Positions 1 through 11,736 are shown, counted from the stretch's first letter. The stretch is 64,000 nt of DNA from Hyphomicrobiales bacterium (GCA_038206695.1 JBBRAN010000013.1:662-64661); one strand, 5' to 3'. Made by a program: numbers and translations. Notes: generated from the letters alone by a model not told the origin.

Positions 1-819
1 CGCGGCGTTGATGCCGGTCCAATAAGGCAGCACGTCATTGCGCGTTTTGATCGCCATCACGACTTCTTCGAGCGCCGTATTGCCGGCGCGCTCGCCGATG
101 CCGTTGATAGTGCATTCGACCTGACGCGCACCGGCATTCAAGCCGGCGAGCGAATTGGCCACCGCCATGCCGAGATCGTCGTGACAGTGCACCGAGAAGC
201 GCGCCTTGTCGGAATTCGGCACGCGCTCGCGGACCATCTTGAACAGCGCGAAATATTCCTCCGGCACCGTATAGCCGACTGTGTCGGGAATATTGATGGT
301 GGTGGCGCCGGCATTAATGGCGGCTTCCACGCAACGGCAGAGGAAGTCGTGCTCAGTGCGCGTGCCGTCCTCGGCCGACCATTCGACGTCGTCGGTGTGG
401 GAACGCGCGCGGGCAACCTGCGCGATCACCATCTCGTAGACCTCGTGCGGCTCCTTCTGGAGCTTGTATTTCATGTGCACCGGCGAGGTGGAGAGGAAGG
501 TGTGGATCCGCTTCCTCGCGGCCGGCTTGATCGCCTCGGCGCAACGGTCGATGTCCTTGAACGCGGCGCGCGACAGGCCGCAGATCACGGCTTTCTTGGA
601 GCGTTTGGCGATCTCATGGACGGCGGCGAAATCGCCCTCCGACGCGATCGGGAAACCGGCCTCGATGATATCGACGCCCATGGTCTCGAGCAGTTCGGCG
701 ACCTCGATCTTCTCTTCATGGGTCATCGTCGCGCCGGGGCACTGCTCGCCGTCGCGCAAGGTGGTGTCGAAGATGACGACGCGATCCTTGTCGGAATTCG
801 CTGGCGTCGGGGTGGTCAT
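1..819 (-). CDS. leuA: 2-isopropylmalate synthase, N-terminal part (runs off the left window edge)
   Basis: Manual translation from ATG at 819: [37 protein letters not shown], with the DRE-TIM motif DTTLRDGEQ and HCHDD; GAAGGA RBS upstream. Missing from the ORF track because the stop lies outside the window. Confidence 0.97.
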   Translation of the reverse strand, partial: MTTPTPANSDKDRVVIFDTTLRDGEQCPGATMTHEEKIEVAELLETMGVDIIEAGFPIASEGDFAAVHEIAKRSKKAVICGLSRAAFKDIDRCAEAIKPAARKRIHTFLSTSPVHMKYKLQKEPHEVYEMVIAQVARARSHTDDVEWSAEDGTRTEHDFLCRCVEAAINAGATTINIPDTVGYTVPEEYFALFKMVRERVPNSDKARFSVHCHDDLGMAVANSLAGLNAGARQVECTINGIGERAGNTALEEVVMAIKTRNDVLPYWTGINAA

Positions 820-918
820 GGCTCTGATCCTTCTGAAACGCTATGCGCCGCTCAGGGCGCTCAATGGGGTTTGGTCCTTCAACCCCTGAGTGCCCAGGCG
901 CAAACGCCTAGCCGGCCC

Positions 919-1035
919 TCAGGGGCGGGTAAGCAGAAGGAGCGTGCCCAGAATGAGGGCGGACGCAGGCAAGCGATCAGACTGGGCCGCAATGGCCGTC
1001 TGTTCGATCGGGCAAATGGTCTGGCGCGTCGCCAT
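919..1035 (-). promoter_or_regulatory. leuA leader peptide, 38 aa (MATRQTICPIEQTAIAAQSDRLPASALILGTLLLLTRP)
   Basis: Short ORF ending 99 nt upstream of leuA with four consecutive Leu codons (CTC CTT CTG CTT) just before the stop, followed by CCCCTGAG/CTCAGGGG pairing elements. Confidence 0.85.
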
Positions 1036-1164
1036 GTCTTCGCCTGCACCCTCAAAATCGGCCCGTAACATCGCGGAAATCGTTTAAGCCCGCGTTATCG
1101 GAACCGCACTGGGAGCTTTCTAGCGGAAAGGCCGGCTGCGCCGCAAGACCTTCGTCGCGGGCGA

Positions 1165-2040
1165 CTACTTCTGGTCCTCGAGCGCCTTGCGGACCTTTGC
1201 CATTTCTTTGAGGGCGTCGCTGGAAACCTTCGGATATTGCAGGCTCATGCCTTCCATCGCGCCGACCATCGCCGAGGCGACGACCAGCCGCGCGAACCAT
1301 TTCCGGTCGGCCGGCACCACGTACCACGGCGCCTCCGGCGTCGCTGTCGCGCAGATCGTGTCTTCGTTGGCGTCCATGTATTTCGGCCACAGCGCGCGCT
1401 CGGCGATGTCGCCCATCGAAAATTTCCATCGCTTGTCCCGATCGTCGAGCCGGGCGAGCAGGCGCTTGCGCTGTTCCTCCTGCGAGACATGGAGAAAAAA
1501 CTTCAGCACCAGAGTGCCGTTGCGCACGAGATGACGCTCGAAGCCGCGAATGTCCTCGAACCGTTGCTGCCAGATGTCTTTGCTCACCTCCGGCAGGTTC
1601 TGCTTGTCGAGAAATTCGGGATGCACGCGCACCACGACAACGTCTTCATAGTAGGAGCGGTTGAAAACGCCGACATGGCCGCGCGCCGGCAAGCGTTTCT
1701 GCGCCCGCCACAGGAAGGTGTGATCGAGCTCCTCGGCATTGGGCTGCTTGAAGGCGTGCACCTCGCAGCCCTGCGGATTGATCGCATGGAGCACGTGCTT
1801 GATGATGCCATCCTTGCCCGCGGTATCCATGCCCTGGAGCACGGCGAGCACGGCGTGCCGGCTTTCGGCGTAGAGAACATCCTGCAGTTCGCCGATCCGC
1901 TTCAAACAGCCCTCCAGCAGGGCTTGGCTATTGTCCTTGTCGAGCGAGGGGCCACCGCTGTCGTTGGTATCGATTTGCGACAGCCGGAACTTATCGCCCT
2001 TTTCGATCCGGAAGCGGCTGGCGATCTTTGTGAGGTCCAT
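1165..2040 (-). CDS. ppk2: Polyphosphate kinase 2 family protein (polyphosphate:nucleotide phosphotransferase, class III-like)
   Basis: Walker A QGMDTAGKDG, FNRSYYEDV, KFFLHVS and APWYVVPAD motifs. Confidence 0.93.
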   Translation of the reverse strand: MDLTKIASRFRIEKGDKFRLSQIDTNDSGGPSLDKDNSQALLEGCLKRIGELQDVLYAESRHAVLAVLQGMDTAGKDGIIKHVLHAINPQGCEVHAFKQPNAEELDHTFLWRAQKRLPARGHVGVFNRSYYEDVVVVRVHPEFLDKQNLPEVSKDIWQQRFEDIRGFERHLVRNGTLVLKFFLHVSQEEQRKRLLARLDDRDKRWKFSMGDIAERALWPKYMDANEDTICATATPEAPWYVVPADRKWFARLVVASAMVGAMEGMSLQYPKVSSDALKEMAKVRKALEDQK

Positions 2041-2098
2041 GGCGCTACTCCACCGGTCCGCATCCGGCTTGGCAAGGGCCAGTTGGATTAAATCGGGC

Positions 2099-2800
2099 TC
2101 AACGCCAGCGGTGACGCAGGAACGCCTGCACGAACTCCGGCATGGCCGGGTCGAGATCGGCTGGCGCGCTCACCAACCGCACACCGGCCAGCTCGGGCTC
2201 GCTCTGGCGCGTGAGATGACCCGCCACCACGGCCCGCAAGGCCGGGCCGGTCAACGCCGACCGCATCGTCTTGATCAAGGCCAGTTGGCCGGGAAGCCGC
2301 ACCAGGGTCCAGACGGGCGCGGCAACGAGGTCGCCTGCATTTAATCCGGTTTCCTCGGCGAGCTCGCGCCGCGTGCTGGACTCGAGGTCCACGGTAGCGC
2401 CGGCGATGTCGGAGGGGTCCGGCGTGCCGCAGGGAAAATAGACCTGGCCGGCATTGGCGGTGTGGTCCGCCATGACGCCGAGCAGGATGCCGCCATCGGC
2501 TGCCTCCACCGCGGCGGCGCCAAAGCAGTCCTGCACGCCGGCATCGGGCCGGCCCCAATTCCGCCAGGCTACGAAACTGGCGAAATCGGTTTCCAGGAAT
2601 TCTCCGCGCAGCACATTGCGTTGGAGTGAATGATCGTGAAGCAACAGCACCCGCCCGTTCCAGATTTTGGGCTTGCGCCGCTGCAATTGCGCGAAGTGCG
2701 CGTCGATCTCGGCGCGGCGCTGTTGCGCGAACGGCCAAGGCCGCGGCACGATCGTGAGGTCGAGACGCTCGACGGGCTGGACGGCGCCATGCCCGGTCAC
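2099..2800 (-). CDS. NUDIX hydrolase
   Basis: Variant Nudix box GTPD...RELAEETGL; GTG start at 2800 overlaps the pdxY stop (GTGA); the longer track ORF is an upstream extension. Confidence 0.85.
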   Translation of the reverse strand: MTGHGAVQPVERLDLTIVPRPWPFAQQRRAEIDAHFAQLQRRKPKIWNGRVLLLHDHSLQRNVLRGEFLETDFASFVAWRNWGRPDAGVQDCFGAAAVEAADGGILLGVMADHTANAGQVYFPCGTPDPSDIAGATVDLESSTRRELAEETGLNAGDLVAAPVWTLVRLPGQLALIKTMRSALTGPALRAVVAGHLTRQSEPELAGVRLVSAPADLDPAMPEFVQAFLRHRWR

Positions 2801-3663
2801 GCTCCCGCGACCTTCTCGGCCTCGAACATGATGCCCGGACCGACGATCTCGTCCTGCGCGGCGATGAGGGCAATTTCGCGTGCCTTCGCCTGCGCGGTCC
2901 TGCGCAGCACACCGAAGATGGCCGAGGCCGAGCGCGACAGCGCGTCGCGCGCGGATCCGGTTTTGAGATAATGGGCAAAAAACAACGCCGCGATGGCGTC
3001 GCCGGCGCCATTGACCCTGATCGGCAGCTTCGGCGTGCGGAGCCGGAACTTGCCAGCTGCGTCGCTCGCCATGAGATCGATGGCGTCGGCGGGCGTCTCC
3101 TTGGTGTGCAGCGAGGTGACCAGGATGACCTTCGGCCCCAGCGCATGGACGATATCGACTGCCGCGATGGCGTCCCCAAGGGCGGCACTGGCGCGGCCCG
3201 ACAGGCAATCGAGCTCGAATTGGTTCGGCGTGATGATGTCGGCCGCCGGCACCGCTTGGTTCCGCATGAAGTCCGGGATGTCGTCACCCACGAACACGCC
3301 GCGCCCGACATCGCCGATCACCGGATCGCAGCAATAGCGCGCCGCCGGATTAACCCGCTTGACGGTCGCCACGACGTCGAGAATAGCGTTGCCGATATCC
3401 GCGCCGCCCATATAGCCGGACAGCACGCCATCGCACTCGGGAAGCACGCCGCGCGCCTCGATCCCGGAGAACACGTCGCGGATCAGCCCCGCGTCGAACA
3501 CCGCGCCCCGCGACGCGCCATAGCCGGTATGGTTGGAGAACTGCACGGTGTGGATCGGCCACACCTCGACGCCCATTCGCTGCAGCGGAAACGTCGCCGC
3601 GGAATTGCCGACATGGCCGTAAGCGACGTGCGACTGGATCGAGATCAGGTTCATCGCCGTCAT
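2797..3663 (-). CDS. pdxY: Pyridoxal kinase
   Basis: ISIQSHVAYGHVGNSAA, FSNHTGY, DPVIGD, TPNQFE and GAGD motifs; start may be 3654. Confidence 0.95.
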   Translation of the reverse strand: MTAMNLISIQSHVAYGHVGNSAATFPLQRMGVEVWPIHTVQFSNHTGYGASRGAVFDAGLIRDVFSGIEARGVLPECDGVLSGYMGGADIGNAILDVVATVKRVNPAARYCCDPVIGDVGRGVFVGDDIPDFMRNQAVPAADIITPNQFELDCLSGRASAALGDAIAAVDIVHALGPKVILVTSLHTKETPADAIDLMASDAAGKFRLRTPKLPIRVNGAGDAIAALFFAHYLKTGSARDALSRSASAIFGVLRRTAQAKAREIALIAAQDEIVGPGIMFEAEKVAGA

Positions 3664-3674
3664 GCTAACAGAGA

Positions 3675-3702
3675 GGCACGGCGGGGATTGCCCCGCCGTG
3701 CC
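3675..3702 (-). terminator. Perfect 12-bp stem hairpin between the SBP gene and pdxY (weak terminator or RNA-stabilising stem)
   Basis: GGCACGGCGGGG-attg-CCCCGCCGTGCC; on the minus strand followed only by TCTCTGTT. Confidence 0.5.
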
Positions 3703-3722
3703 GGTGTCGACCGCTCAGGCTG

Positions 3723-4748
3723 CTATTTGGCCAATTCGGCTTTCTTGTTGGCCGCATCGACGAACTGATTGGTATAGGTCTTCGACAGGTCGATCTTGGC
3801 GTTCTTGACCTCGGGCGACGACTGGCTGAACACGTCGAGCACGGCCTGCGCGCCCTTCGGGTCCATCCGGCCGGTTTCCGAATACATCGGCATCGTGTTC
3901 TTGAGCGCCGCGAGATAGCCCGGCTTGTCGGGCCCGACCAGATTTTCCGGCATTTTCGCCATGATCTCCTCGGGCGTATGGGAGTGCATCCACTTCAGTG
4001 TGGCGAGGATGGCGTTGGTCAGCGCCTGCGTTTCCTTGGGATGCTTGGCGATCCAGTCGCTCTTGGTGTAGAGCGCGCCGCCCGGATATTCGCCGCCGAA
4101 CACCGCGAGCGTGTCCTTTTGCGTGCGGGTATCGGTCAGGATTTTCAGATCCTTGTTGCGGCCCTGCAAGACCGTGACCGACGGATCGAGCATGATCGCG
4201 GCATCGATGGTGCCCTGCTCCATCGCGGCGACCGCCGAGGCGCCGAGGCCGACACCGATGACGGCAACCGATGCCGCATCGACACTATTTTTGCTCAGGA
4301 TGTATTTGAGGAAGAAGTCGGTCGACGAGCCGGGCGCGCTGACGCCGACTTTTTTATTGGCGAGGTCCTTGATCGAGTTGATCTTGCCGGACTGCTTCGG
4401 CGAGACGACCAGCGCGAAGCCGGGATATCGGTCATAGACCACGAAGGCTTCGAGCGCCTGGTTCTTGGCGGCGAGGTTGACGCAGTGATCGAAATAGCCG
4501 GACACCACATCGGCGCTGCCGCCGATCACAGCGGTCAACGACTGCGAACCGCCCTTGAAATCCACCAGTTCGACGTCAACGCCGGCCTTTTTGTACTCGC
4601 CGAGGGACTCCGCGAGCATGGTCGGCAGATAGCACAAGCACGACGCGCCGCCGACGGCGATCGTCACTTTCGACTGGGCGAGCGCGAGGCCGGAACTGAG
4701 CGCGAGCGCGGCAACCGCAAGCGCCGAGCGCCGGATGAATTTCATCAT
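3723..4748 (-). CDS. NitT/TauT (NMT1/SsuA-like) ABC transporter substrate-binding protein
   Basis: Signal peptide MMKFIRRSALAVAALALSSGLALA, VGVSAPGSST motif, GGAGGA RBS, downstream of the permease and ATPase genes. Confidence 0.9.
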   Translation of the reverse strand: MMKFIRRSALAVAALALSSGLALAQSKVTIAVGGASCLCYLPTMLAESLGEYKKAGVDVELVDFKGGSQSLTAVIGGSADVVSGYFDHCVNLAAKNQALEAFVVYDRYPGFALVVSPKQSGKINSIKDLANKKVGVSAPGSSTDFFLKYILSKNSVDAASVAVIGVGLGASAVAAMEQGTIDAAIMLDPSVTVLQGRNKDLKILTDTRTQKDTLAVFGGEYPGGALYTKSDWIAKHPKETQALTNAILATLKWMHSHTPEEIMAKMPENLVGPDKPGYLAALKNTMPMYSETGRMDPKGAQAVLDVFSQSSPEVKNAKIDLSKTYTNQFVDAANKKAELAK

Positions 4749-4822
4749 GATATCCTCCCTGGATTGGCGCGGCCTGGACGGCCGTCTTCGCGGCGGACGA
4801 TACGGCAGGAACCATAATCTGC

Positions 4823-5614
4823 CTAGGGGCGCGCCTCGGTCGCCAGCGGCCGCCACACCAGCAGCCGGCGCTCGACAACGCTGACCACCGCATCGATGAT
4901 CAGCACGAAGGCGGCAAGCACGAACATTCCGGCAAACACACCGGCGACGTCAAACACCCCTTCGGCCTGCTGGATCAGATAGCCGAGCCCGGCGGCGGAA
5001 CCGAGATATTCGCCGACCACCGCGCCGACGACGGCAAAGCCGACCGAGGTGTGCAGCGAAGAGAACATCCACGACAGCGCCGAGGGCCAATAAACATGGC
5101 GCATCAACTGGCGGTCGTTCATGCCGAGCATGCGCGCATTGGCGAGCACGGTCGGTGAGACTTCCTTGACGCCCTGATAGACGTTGAAGAACACGATGAA
5201 AAACACCAGGGTGACCCCCAGCGCGACCTTCGACCAGATGCCGAGGCCAAGCCAAAGCGTGAAGATCGGCGCCAGCACGACGCGCGGCAGTGCGTTGACC
5301 ATCTTGACGTAGGGGTCGAACACCGCGGCCGTGCGCGGCTGGCGCGCGAACCAGAAGCCGACCAGAACCCCACCGATCGAACCGATGACGAAGGCGAGCA
5401 CCGCCTCCGACAGCGTCACCCACAGATGTTTCCAGATCACGCCGGTGGCGAACCACTTGGCGACCTGCAGGGCGACGTCGGCGGGCGTCGAGAAAAAGAA
5501 CGGCGGCAGGATCATGTGGCCGAAAATCGGCACGGTGCTCAGGACATGCCACAGCGCGATCGCCACGACCGCAACCAGCGCCTGCAGGACGATAAGCGTG
5601 GGGCGCGGCATCAT
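4823..5614 (-). CDS. NitT/TauT ABC transporter permease
   Basis: Hydrophobic helices, EAA-like loop ANARMLGMN and VVGEYLGSAAGLG. Confidence 0.92.
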   Translation of the reverse strand: MMPRPTLIVLQALVAVVAIALWHVLSTVPIFGHMILPPFFFSTPADVALQVAKWFATGVIWKHLWVTLSEAVLAFVIGSIGGVLVGFWFARQPRTAAVFDPYVKMVNALPRVVLAPIFTLWLGLGIWSKVALGVTLVFFIVFFNVYQGVKEVSPTVLANARMLGMNDRQLMRHVYWPSALSWMFSSLHTSVGFAVVGAVVGEYLGSAAGLGYLIQQAEGVFDVAGVFAGMFVLAAFVLIIDAVVSVVERRLLVWRPLATEARP

Positions 5615-6411
5615 GCCGCCTCCGTTTGGGCGTAGCCCTTGATCACTTCGGTTTTGAGGACCTGCCAGATTTCGCGATGGAGGTCGTGGAAGGCATGGTC
5701 GAGCTTGATCTCGGCGATGTCACGTGGCCGCGCCAGCGGCACCCGCCAATCGCCGATGATACGCGAGGCCGGGCCCGCCGACATGATGACGACACGGTCG
5801 GACAGCGCGATAGCCTCCTCGAGATCGTGGGTGACGAACAGCACCGCCTTGCGGTCGGTATTCCACAGGTCGAGCAGCAGGTTGCCCATGATCTGGCGCG
5901 TCTGCGCATCGAGCGGGCCGAACGGCTCGTCCATCAGCAATATCTTGGGATCGCGGATCAGCACCTGCGCCAGCCCGACGCGCTTTCGTTGCCCGCCGGA
6001 CAGCATGTGCGGATAGCGGTCGCCGAAGCTGGCGAGGCCGACACGGCCCAGCCATTGGTTCGCCCGCGCCCGAGCCTCGCTTTGCACCACCCCCGCGGTC
6101 TCGAGGCCGATCGCGACGTTCTCGAGCGCCGTCTTCCAGGGAAACAGCGCGTCGGCCTGGAAAAGATAGCCGGCCTGCCGGTTGAGGCCGGCGAGCCGAG
6201 CGCCGAAGCTATCGGCCGCGCCGGCCGAGGGCGGCATCAGGCCGGCGGCTATGTTGAGCAGCGTGGATTTGCCGCACCCGGTCGGCCCGACAATCGCAAC
6301 GAACTCGCCGTCGGCGACCACGAGCGAGGCCTGCGCCACCGCGCGATAGCTCCCGCCATCGGCGAGCGGGAAAGCCACGTCGATATTATTGAGACTTACT
6401 GCGGCCGGCAC
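5611..6411 (-). CDS. NitT/TauT ABC transporter ATP-binding protein
   Basis: GPTGCGKS, LSGGQ, LLMDEPF, VTHD. Confidence 0.95.
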   Translation of the reverse strand: MPAAVSLNNIDVAFPLADGGSYRAVAQASLVVADGEFVAIVGPTGCGKSTLLNIAAGLMPPSAGAADSFGARLAGLNRQAGYLFQADALFPWKTALENVAIGLETAGVVQSEARARANQWLGRVGLASFGDRYPHMLSGGQRKRVGLAQVLIRDPKILLMDEPFGPLDAQTRQIMGNLLLDLWNTDRKAVLFVTHDLEEAIALSDRVVIMSAGPASRIIGDWRVPLARPRDIAEIKLDHAFHDLHREIWQVLKTEVIKGYAQTEAA

Positions 6412-6530
6412 GTCGCGCTACCCCCTCGCCGCCGGATCTGCGCCCGGCTCGAGTGCAAACTAGCGGCTGGGGGCGCGGTTGCAAACCGGACCCGATATCG
6501 CCCGTCCGCTTCGCATGCCATCATCGCGCG

Positions 6531-8081
6531 ATGATCGATCCCCGCTTCGCCGATGCGCTGGGGCGTCTGCCCGATTATCTCGGCAGCCACATCATCGTCA
6601 GCCTCGCCGCGATAGCCATTGGACTTGCGGTCAGTCTGCCGCTCGCGGTCCTCGCCGTGCGGCGCAGGCGATTGCGCGTGGCGCTGCTCGGCTTTTCAAG
6701 TGTCATCCAGACCGTCCCCGGCCTGGCGCTGCTGACGCTGTTTTATCCGCTGCTGCTCGCGCTGGCCGCCCTGTCGGAGCGCGCATTCGGATGGGGATTT
6801 TCGGCGCTCGGTTTCCTGCCCGCGGTGCTGGCGTTGGCGCTCTACTCGATGCTGCCGGTCGCGCGCAACACCGTCGCCGGACTGAGCGCGATCGGCGACG
6901 GGCTGCACGACGCGGCGCAGGCGCTGGGGATGCGGCGGCGGCAGATTTTATGGCTGGTCGATCTGCCGATCGCGGTGCCGGTCATCATGGCCGGTATCCG
7001 CACCGCGGCGGTCTGGGTGATCGGCACCGCGACATTGTCGACCCCGATCGGCCAGGCCTCGCTCGGCAATTACATCTTCACCGGCTTGCAGACGCAGAAC
7101 TGGGTGTTCGTATTATTCGGCTGCGTCGCGGCGGCGGCGCTCGCGCTCTTTGTCGACCAGATGCTGGCGCTGATGGAACGCGGCGTCGCGCTGCATGATC
7201 ACCGCCGCATCTACGGCGGCGCCGCTGGAATTGCGCTTCTCGTGCTGGTGGCGTTGCTGCCGGCTTTGGGCCGCAACCAATCCACCTATGTGGTCGGCGC
7301 CAAGCCCTTCACCGAGCAGTACGTGCTGGCGGCGCTCATCGAGCGGGGGCTGGAAGCGGCGGGCCTGTCCGCCACGCGGCGCGCCGGGCTCGGATCGAGC
7401 GTCATCTTCAACGCGCTGGCGGCGGGCGAGATCGACGCCTATGTCGATTATTCCGGCACGCTGTGGGCCAACCAGATGCAGCGCACCGGCGCGTTGCCGC
7501 GCGCTGAAATGACCAGCGCGGTGGGTGCCTGGCTCGCGCAAAATCACCGGATCACGCTGCTGGGCGCGCTCGGTTTCGAAAACGCTTACGCCCTAGCGAT
7601 GACCAGAACACGCGCCGCCACGCTCGGCATTCGCTCGCTCGAAGATCTGGCGCGCGCCGCGCCACGCCTGTCGATCGCCGGCGATTACGAGTTCTTCGCG
7701 CGCCCGGAATGGGCGGCGGTGCGCGCCGCCTACGGCCTTAATTTCGCCAGGGAGCGCCAGATGCAGGCCGAATTCATGTATCCGGCGGCGGGCAGCGGCG
7801 AGGTCGACGTGATCGCCGCCTATTCGAGCGACGGCCAGATCGCGAAATACGATCTTGTCGTGCTGGCCGATCCGAAACAGGCGATCCCGCCCTACGACGC
7901 GATCCTGCTGCTATCGCCCAAGCGCGCCAACGATCGCGCCCTGATCGATGCGTTGACGCCTCTCATCGGCGCCATCCCGGTCGAGACCATGCGCGCCGCC
8001 AATCTGCGCGCGGCGTCAGGCGGCGCCGACGGCTCGCCCGAGCAGGTCGCGCTCTGGCTGCGGGAACAGATCGGCCGCTAG
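6531..8081 (+). CDS. Osmoprotectant (glycine betaine/choline) ABC permease fused to a substrate-binding domain
   Basis: N-terminal OpuBB-like permease (IQTVPGLALL, MAGIRTA) and C-terminal OpuAC-like SBP (VGAKPFTEQ, GFENAYALA, PPYDA); start set at MIDPRF. Confidence 0.88.
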   Translation: MIDPRFADALGRLPDYLGSHIIVSLAAIAIGLAVSLPLAVLAVRRRRLRVALLGFSSVIQTVPGLALLTLFYPLLLALAALSERAFGWGFSALGFLPAVLALALYSMLPVARNTVAGLSAIGDGLHDAAQALGMRRRQILWLVDLPIAVPVIMAGIRTAAVWVIGTATLSTPIGQASLGNYIFTGLQTQNWVFVLFGCVAAAALALFVDQMLALMERGVALHDHRRIYGGAAGIALLVLVALLPALGRNQSTYVVGAKPFTEQYVLAALIERGLEAAGLSATRRAGLGSSVIFNALAAGEIDAYVDYSGTLWANQMQRTGALPRAEMTSAVGAWLAQNHRITLLGALGFENAYALAMTRTRAATLGIRSLEDLARAAPRLSIAGDYEFFARPEWAAVRAAYGLNFARERQMQAEFMYPAAGSGEVDVIAAYSSDGQIAKYDLVVLADPKQAIPPYDAILLLSPKRANDRALIDALTPLIGAIPVETMRAANLRAASGGADGSPEQVALWLREQIGR

Positions 8082-8086
8082 GCCGA

Positions 8087-9742
<1,656 letters not shown>

Positions 9743-9743
<1 letters not shown>

Positions 9744-11512
9744 CAGACCATCACCTTGCCTTTTTCGGTGATCGCCGAGTCGAGGCTTTCGCCGGCGTCG
9801 CCGAGGATCATTTCATTGTGGGCGCGGCCCGACGGGATCATCGGGAAGCAGTTTTCCTTCGGATCGACCACGCAATCGAACAACACCGGCTTGTCGACGT
9901 CGATCATCTCCTTGATGGCGTGATCGAGGTCGCCCGGCCTGTCGCAGCGGATGCCGTGGGCGTGATAGGCCTCGGCTAGCTTGACGAAATCCGGCAAAGC
10001 CTCCGAGTAGCTCTCGGAATAGCGCCCGCCATGCAGCAATTCCTGCCACTGACGCACCATGCCCATGTAGCGGTTGTTGAGTATGAAGATCTTGATCGGC
10101 AGGCGGTACTGCACCGCCGTCGAGAGCTCCTGCATCGTCATCAGCACCGAGGCCTCGCCGGCGATGTCGATCACCAGCGATTTCGGATGGGCCAGCTGCA
10201 CGCCGACTGACGCCGGCAGCCCATAGCCCATGGTGCCGAGGCCGCCCGAGGTCATCCAGCGGTTCGGCTCCTGGAAGCCATAGAGCTGCGCTGCCCACAT
10301 CTGATGCTGGCCGACTTCGGTGGTGATGTAGGTGTCGCGGTCCTTGGTCAGCGCGTAGAGCCGCTCGACCGCGTATTGCGGCTTGATCACCTCGTTGGAC
10401 GGCCGGTAAGCCAGCGACTTGCGGGCGCGCCATTTTTCGATCTGCTTCCACCATTCCGCATGCGCCTTCTTGTCCGGCGTCTGGCCTTCGGTACGCCACA
10501 GCCGGACCATGTCCTCGAGCACGTGCGCGCAGTCGCCGACGATCGGCACGTCCACCCGGACGTTCTTGTTGATAGAGGACGGATCGATATCAATGTGGAT
10601 CTTCTTGGAGTCGGGCGAGAACGCATCGATCCGCCCGGTGATGCGGTCGTCGAACCGCGCGCCGACGCAAACCATGACGTCGCAGTCATGCATCGCCATG
10701 TTGGCTTCGAGCGTGCCGTGCATTCCCAGCATGCCGAGCCACTGCGGATCGTGGGACGGAAATGCGCCGAGCCCCATCAGCGTCGACGTAACCGGAAATC
10801 CGGTCTGCTTCGCCAGTTCGCGCAGCAGCGCGCTGGCGTGCGGACCCGAGTTGATGACGCCGCCGCCGGTATAGAACAGCGGCTTCTTGGCCGACGCCAT
10901 CAGCTCGATCGCCTGCTTGATCTTGTCGATGTCGCCTTTGACCTTGGGCCGGTAGCCCTTGTGCGGAAAATCCTTGGGCTTCGAGTAGACGCCCTTGGCG
11001 AACTGGATGTCCTTCGGGATGTCGACGACGACCGGGCCGGGCCGCCCGCTGGCGGCGATATGGAATGCTTCGTGCAGCACGCGCGGCAGGTCTTCGATCC
11101 GCTTCACCAGGTAATTGTGCTTGGTGCAGGGCCGGGTGATGCCGACGGTGTCGCATTCCTGGAACGCGTCGTTGCCGATCAGATGTGTCGGCACCTGTCC
11201 GGTGATGCAGACGATCGGGATCGAGTCGCAGAGCGCGTCGGTCAGACCGGTCACGGCGTTGGTCGCGCCGGGACCCGACGTCACCAGCACGCAGCCCACT
11301 TTGCCGGTCGAACGCGCATAGCCTTCGGCGGCGTGGACCGCGCCCTGCTCGTGGCGCACCAGGATATGCTGCACCGCCTTCTGCGAGAAAATCGCGTCAT
11401 AGATCGGCAGCACCGCGCCGCCCGGATAGCCGAACAGGTGCTTCACACCCTGGTCGGCGAGCGCCTGGATCACCATTTCGGCGCCGGTCATTTCCTGGGT
11501 CATCGTCGTCAT
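9743..11512 (-). CDS. ilvI: Acetolactate synthase large subunit
   Basis: FGYPGGAVL, RHEQGA, TSGPGATN, SGGLGTMG and the ThDP motif GEAS...NN. Confidence 0.97.
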
Positions 11513-11544
11513 TCCTCACACAGCCTGTTCGTCGTCAGTCGCTC

Positions 11545-11567
11545 AATAAAAAAGGCCCGTAAGGGCC
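11545..11567 (-). terminator. Attenuator terminator of the ilvIH leader
   Basis: GGCCC-TTAC-GGGCC-TTTTTTATT on the minus strand between the leader ORF and ilvI. Confidence 0.85.
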
Positions 11568-11599
11568 ATGTCCGGACACGTCCTGCGTAGCCTGTCGGC

Positions 11600-11653
11600 C
11601 TACCCGCAGCGCGTCCGAACCTTTACTACCAGAGTAATAATATTGCGCAACAT
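11600..11653 (-). promoter_or_regulatory. ilvL: ilv leader peptide, 17 aa (MLRNIITLVVKVRTRCG)
   Basis: Ile/Leu/Val-rich short ORF using codons rare for this genome (ATT ATT, GTA GTA, GTT), upstream of the U-tract terminator. Confidence 0.88.
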
Positions 11654-11736
11654 CGATATTCCCTGAACTTTCGTTGCGCCGACTTATAAAGCCGGTTTCG
11701 GAGGCGGTCAAGCGCCGATCGTTTCCTCACGACCTT

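Noticed and set aside
181-1068. 295-aa plus-strand ORF and the many other long antisense ORFs (e.g. 10304-11590, 23537-25264, 41624-43357, 47918-49306)
   Set aside because: Shadow frames opposite well-supported genes, expected from high-GC codon bias; no recognisable motifs
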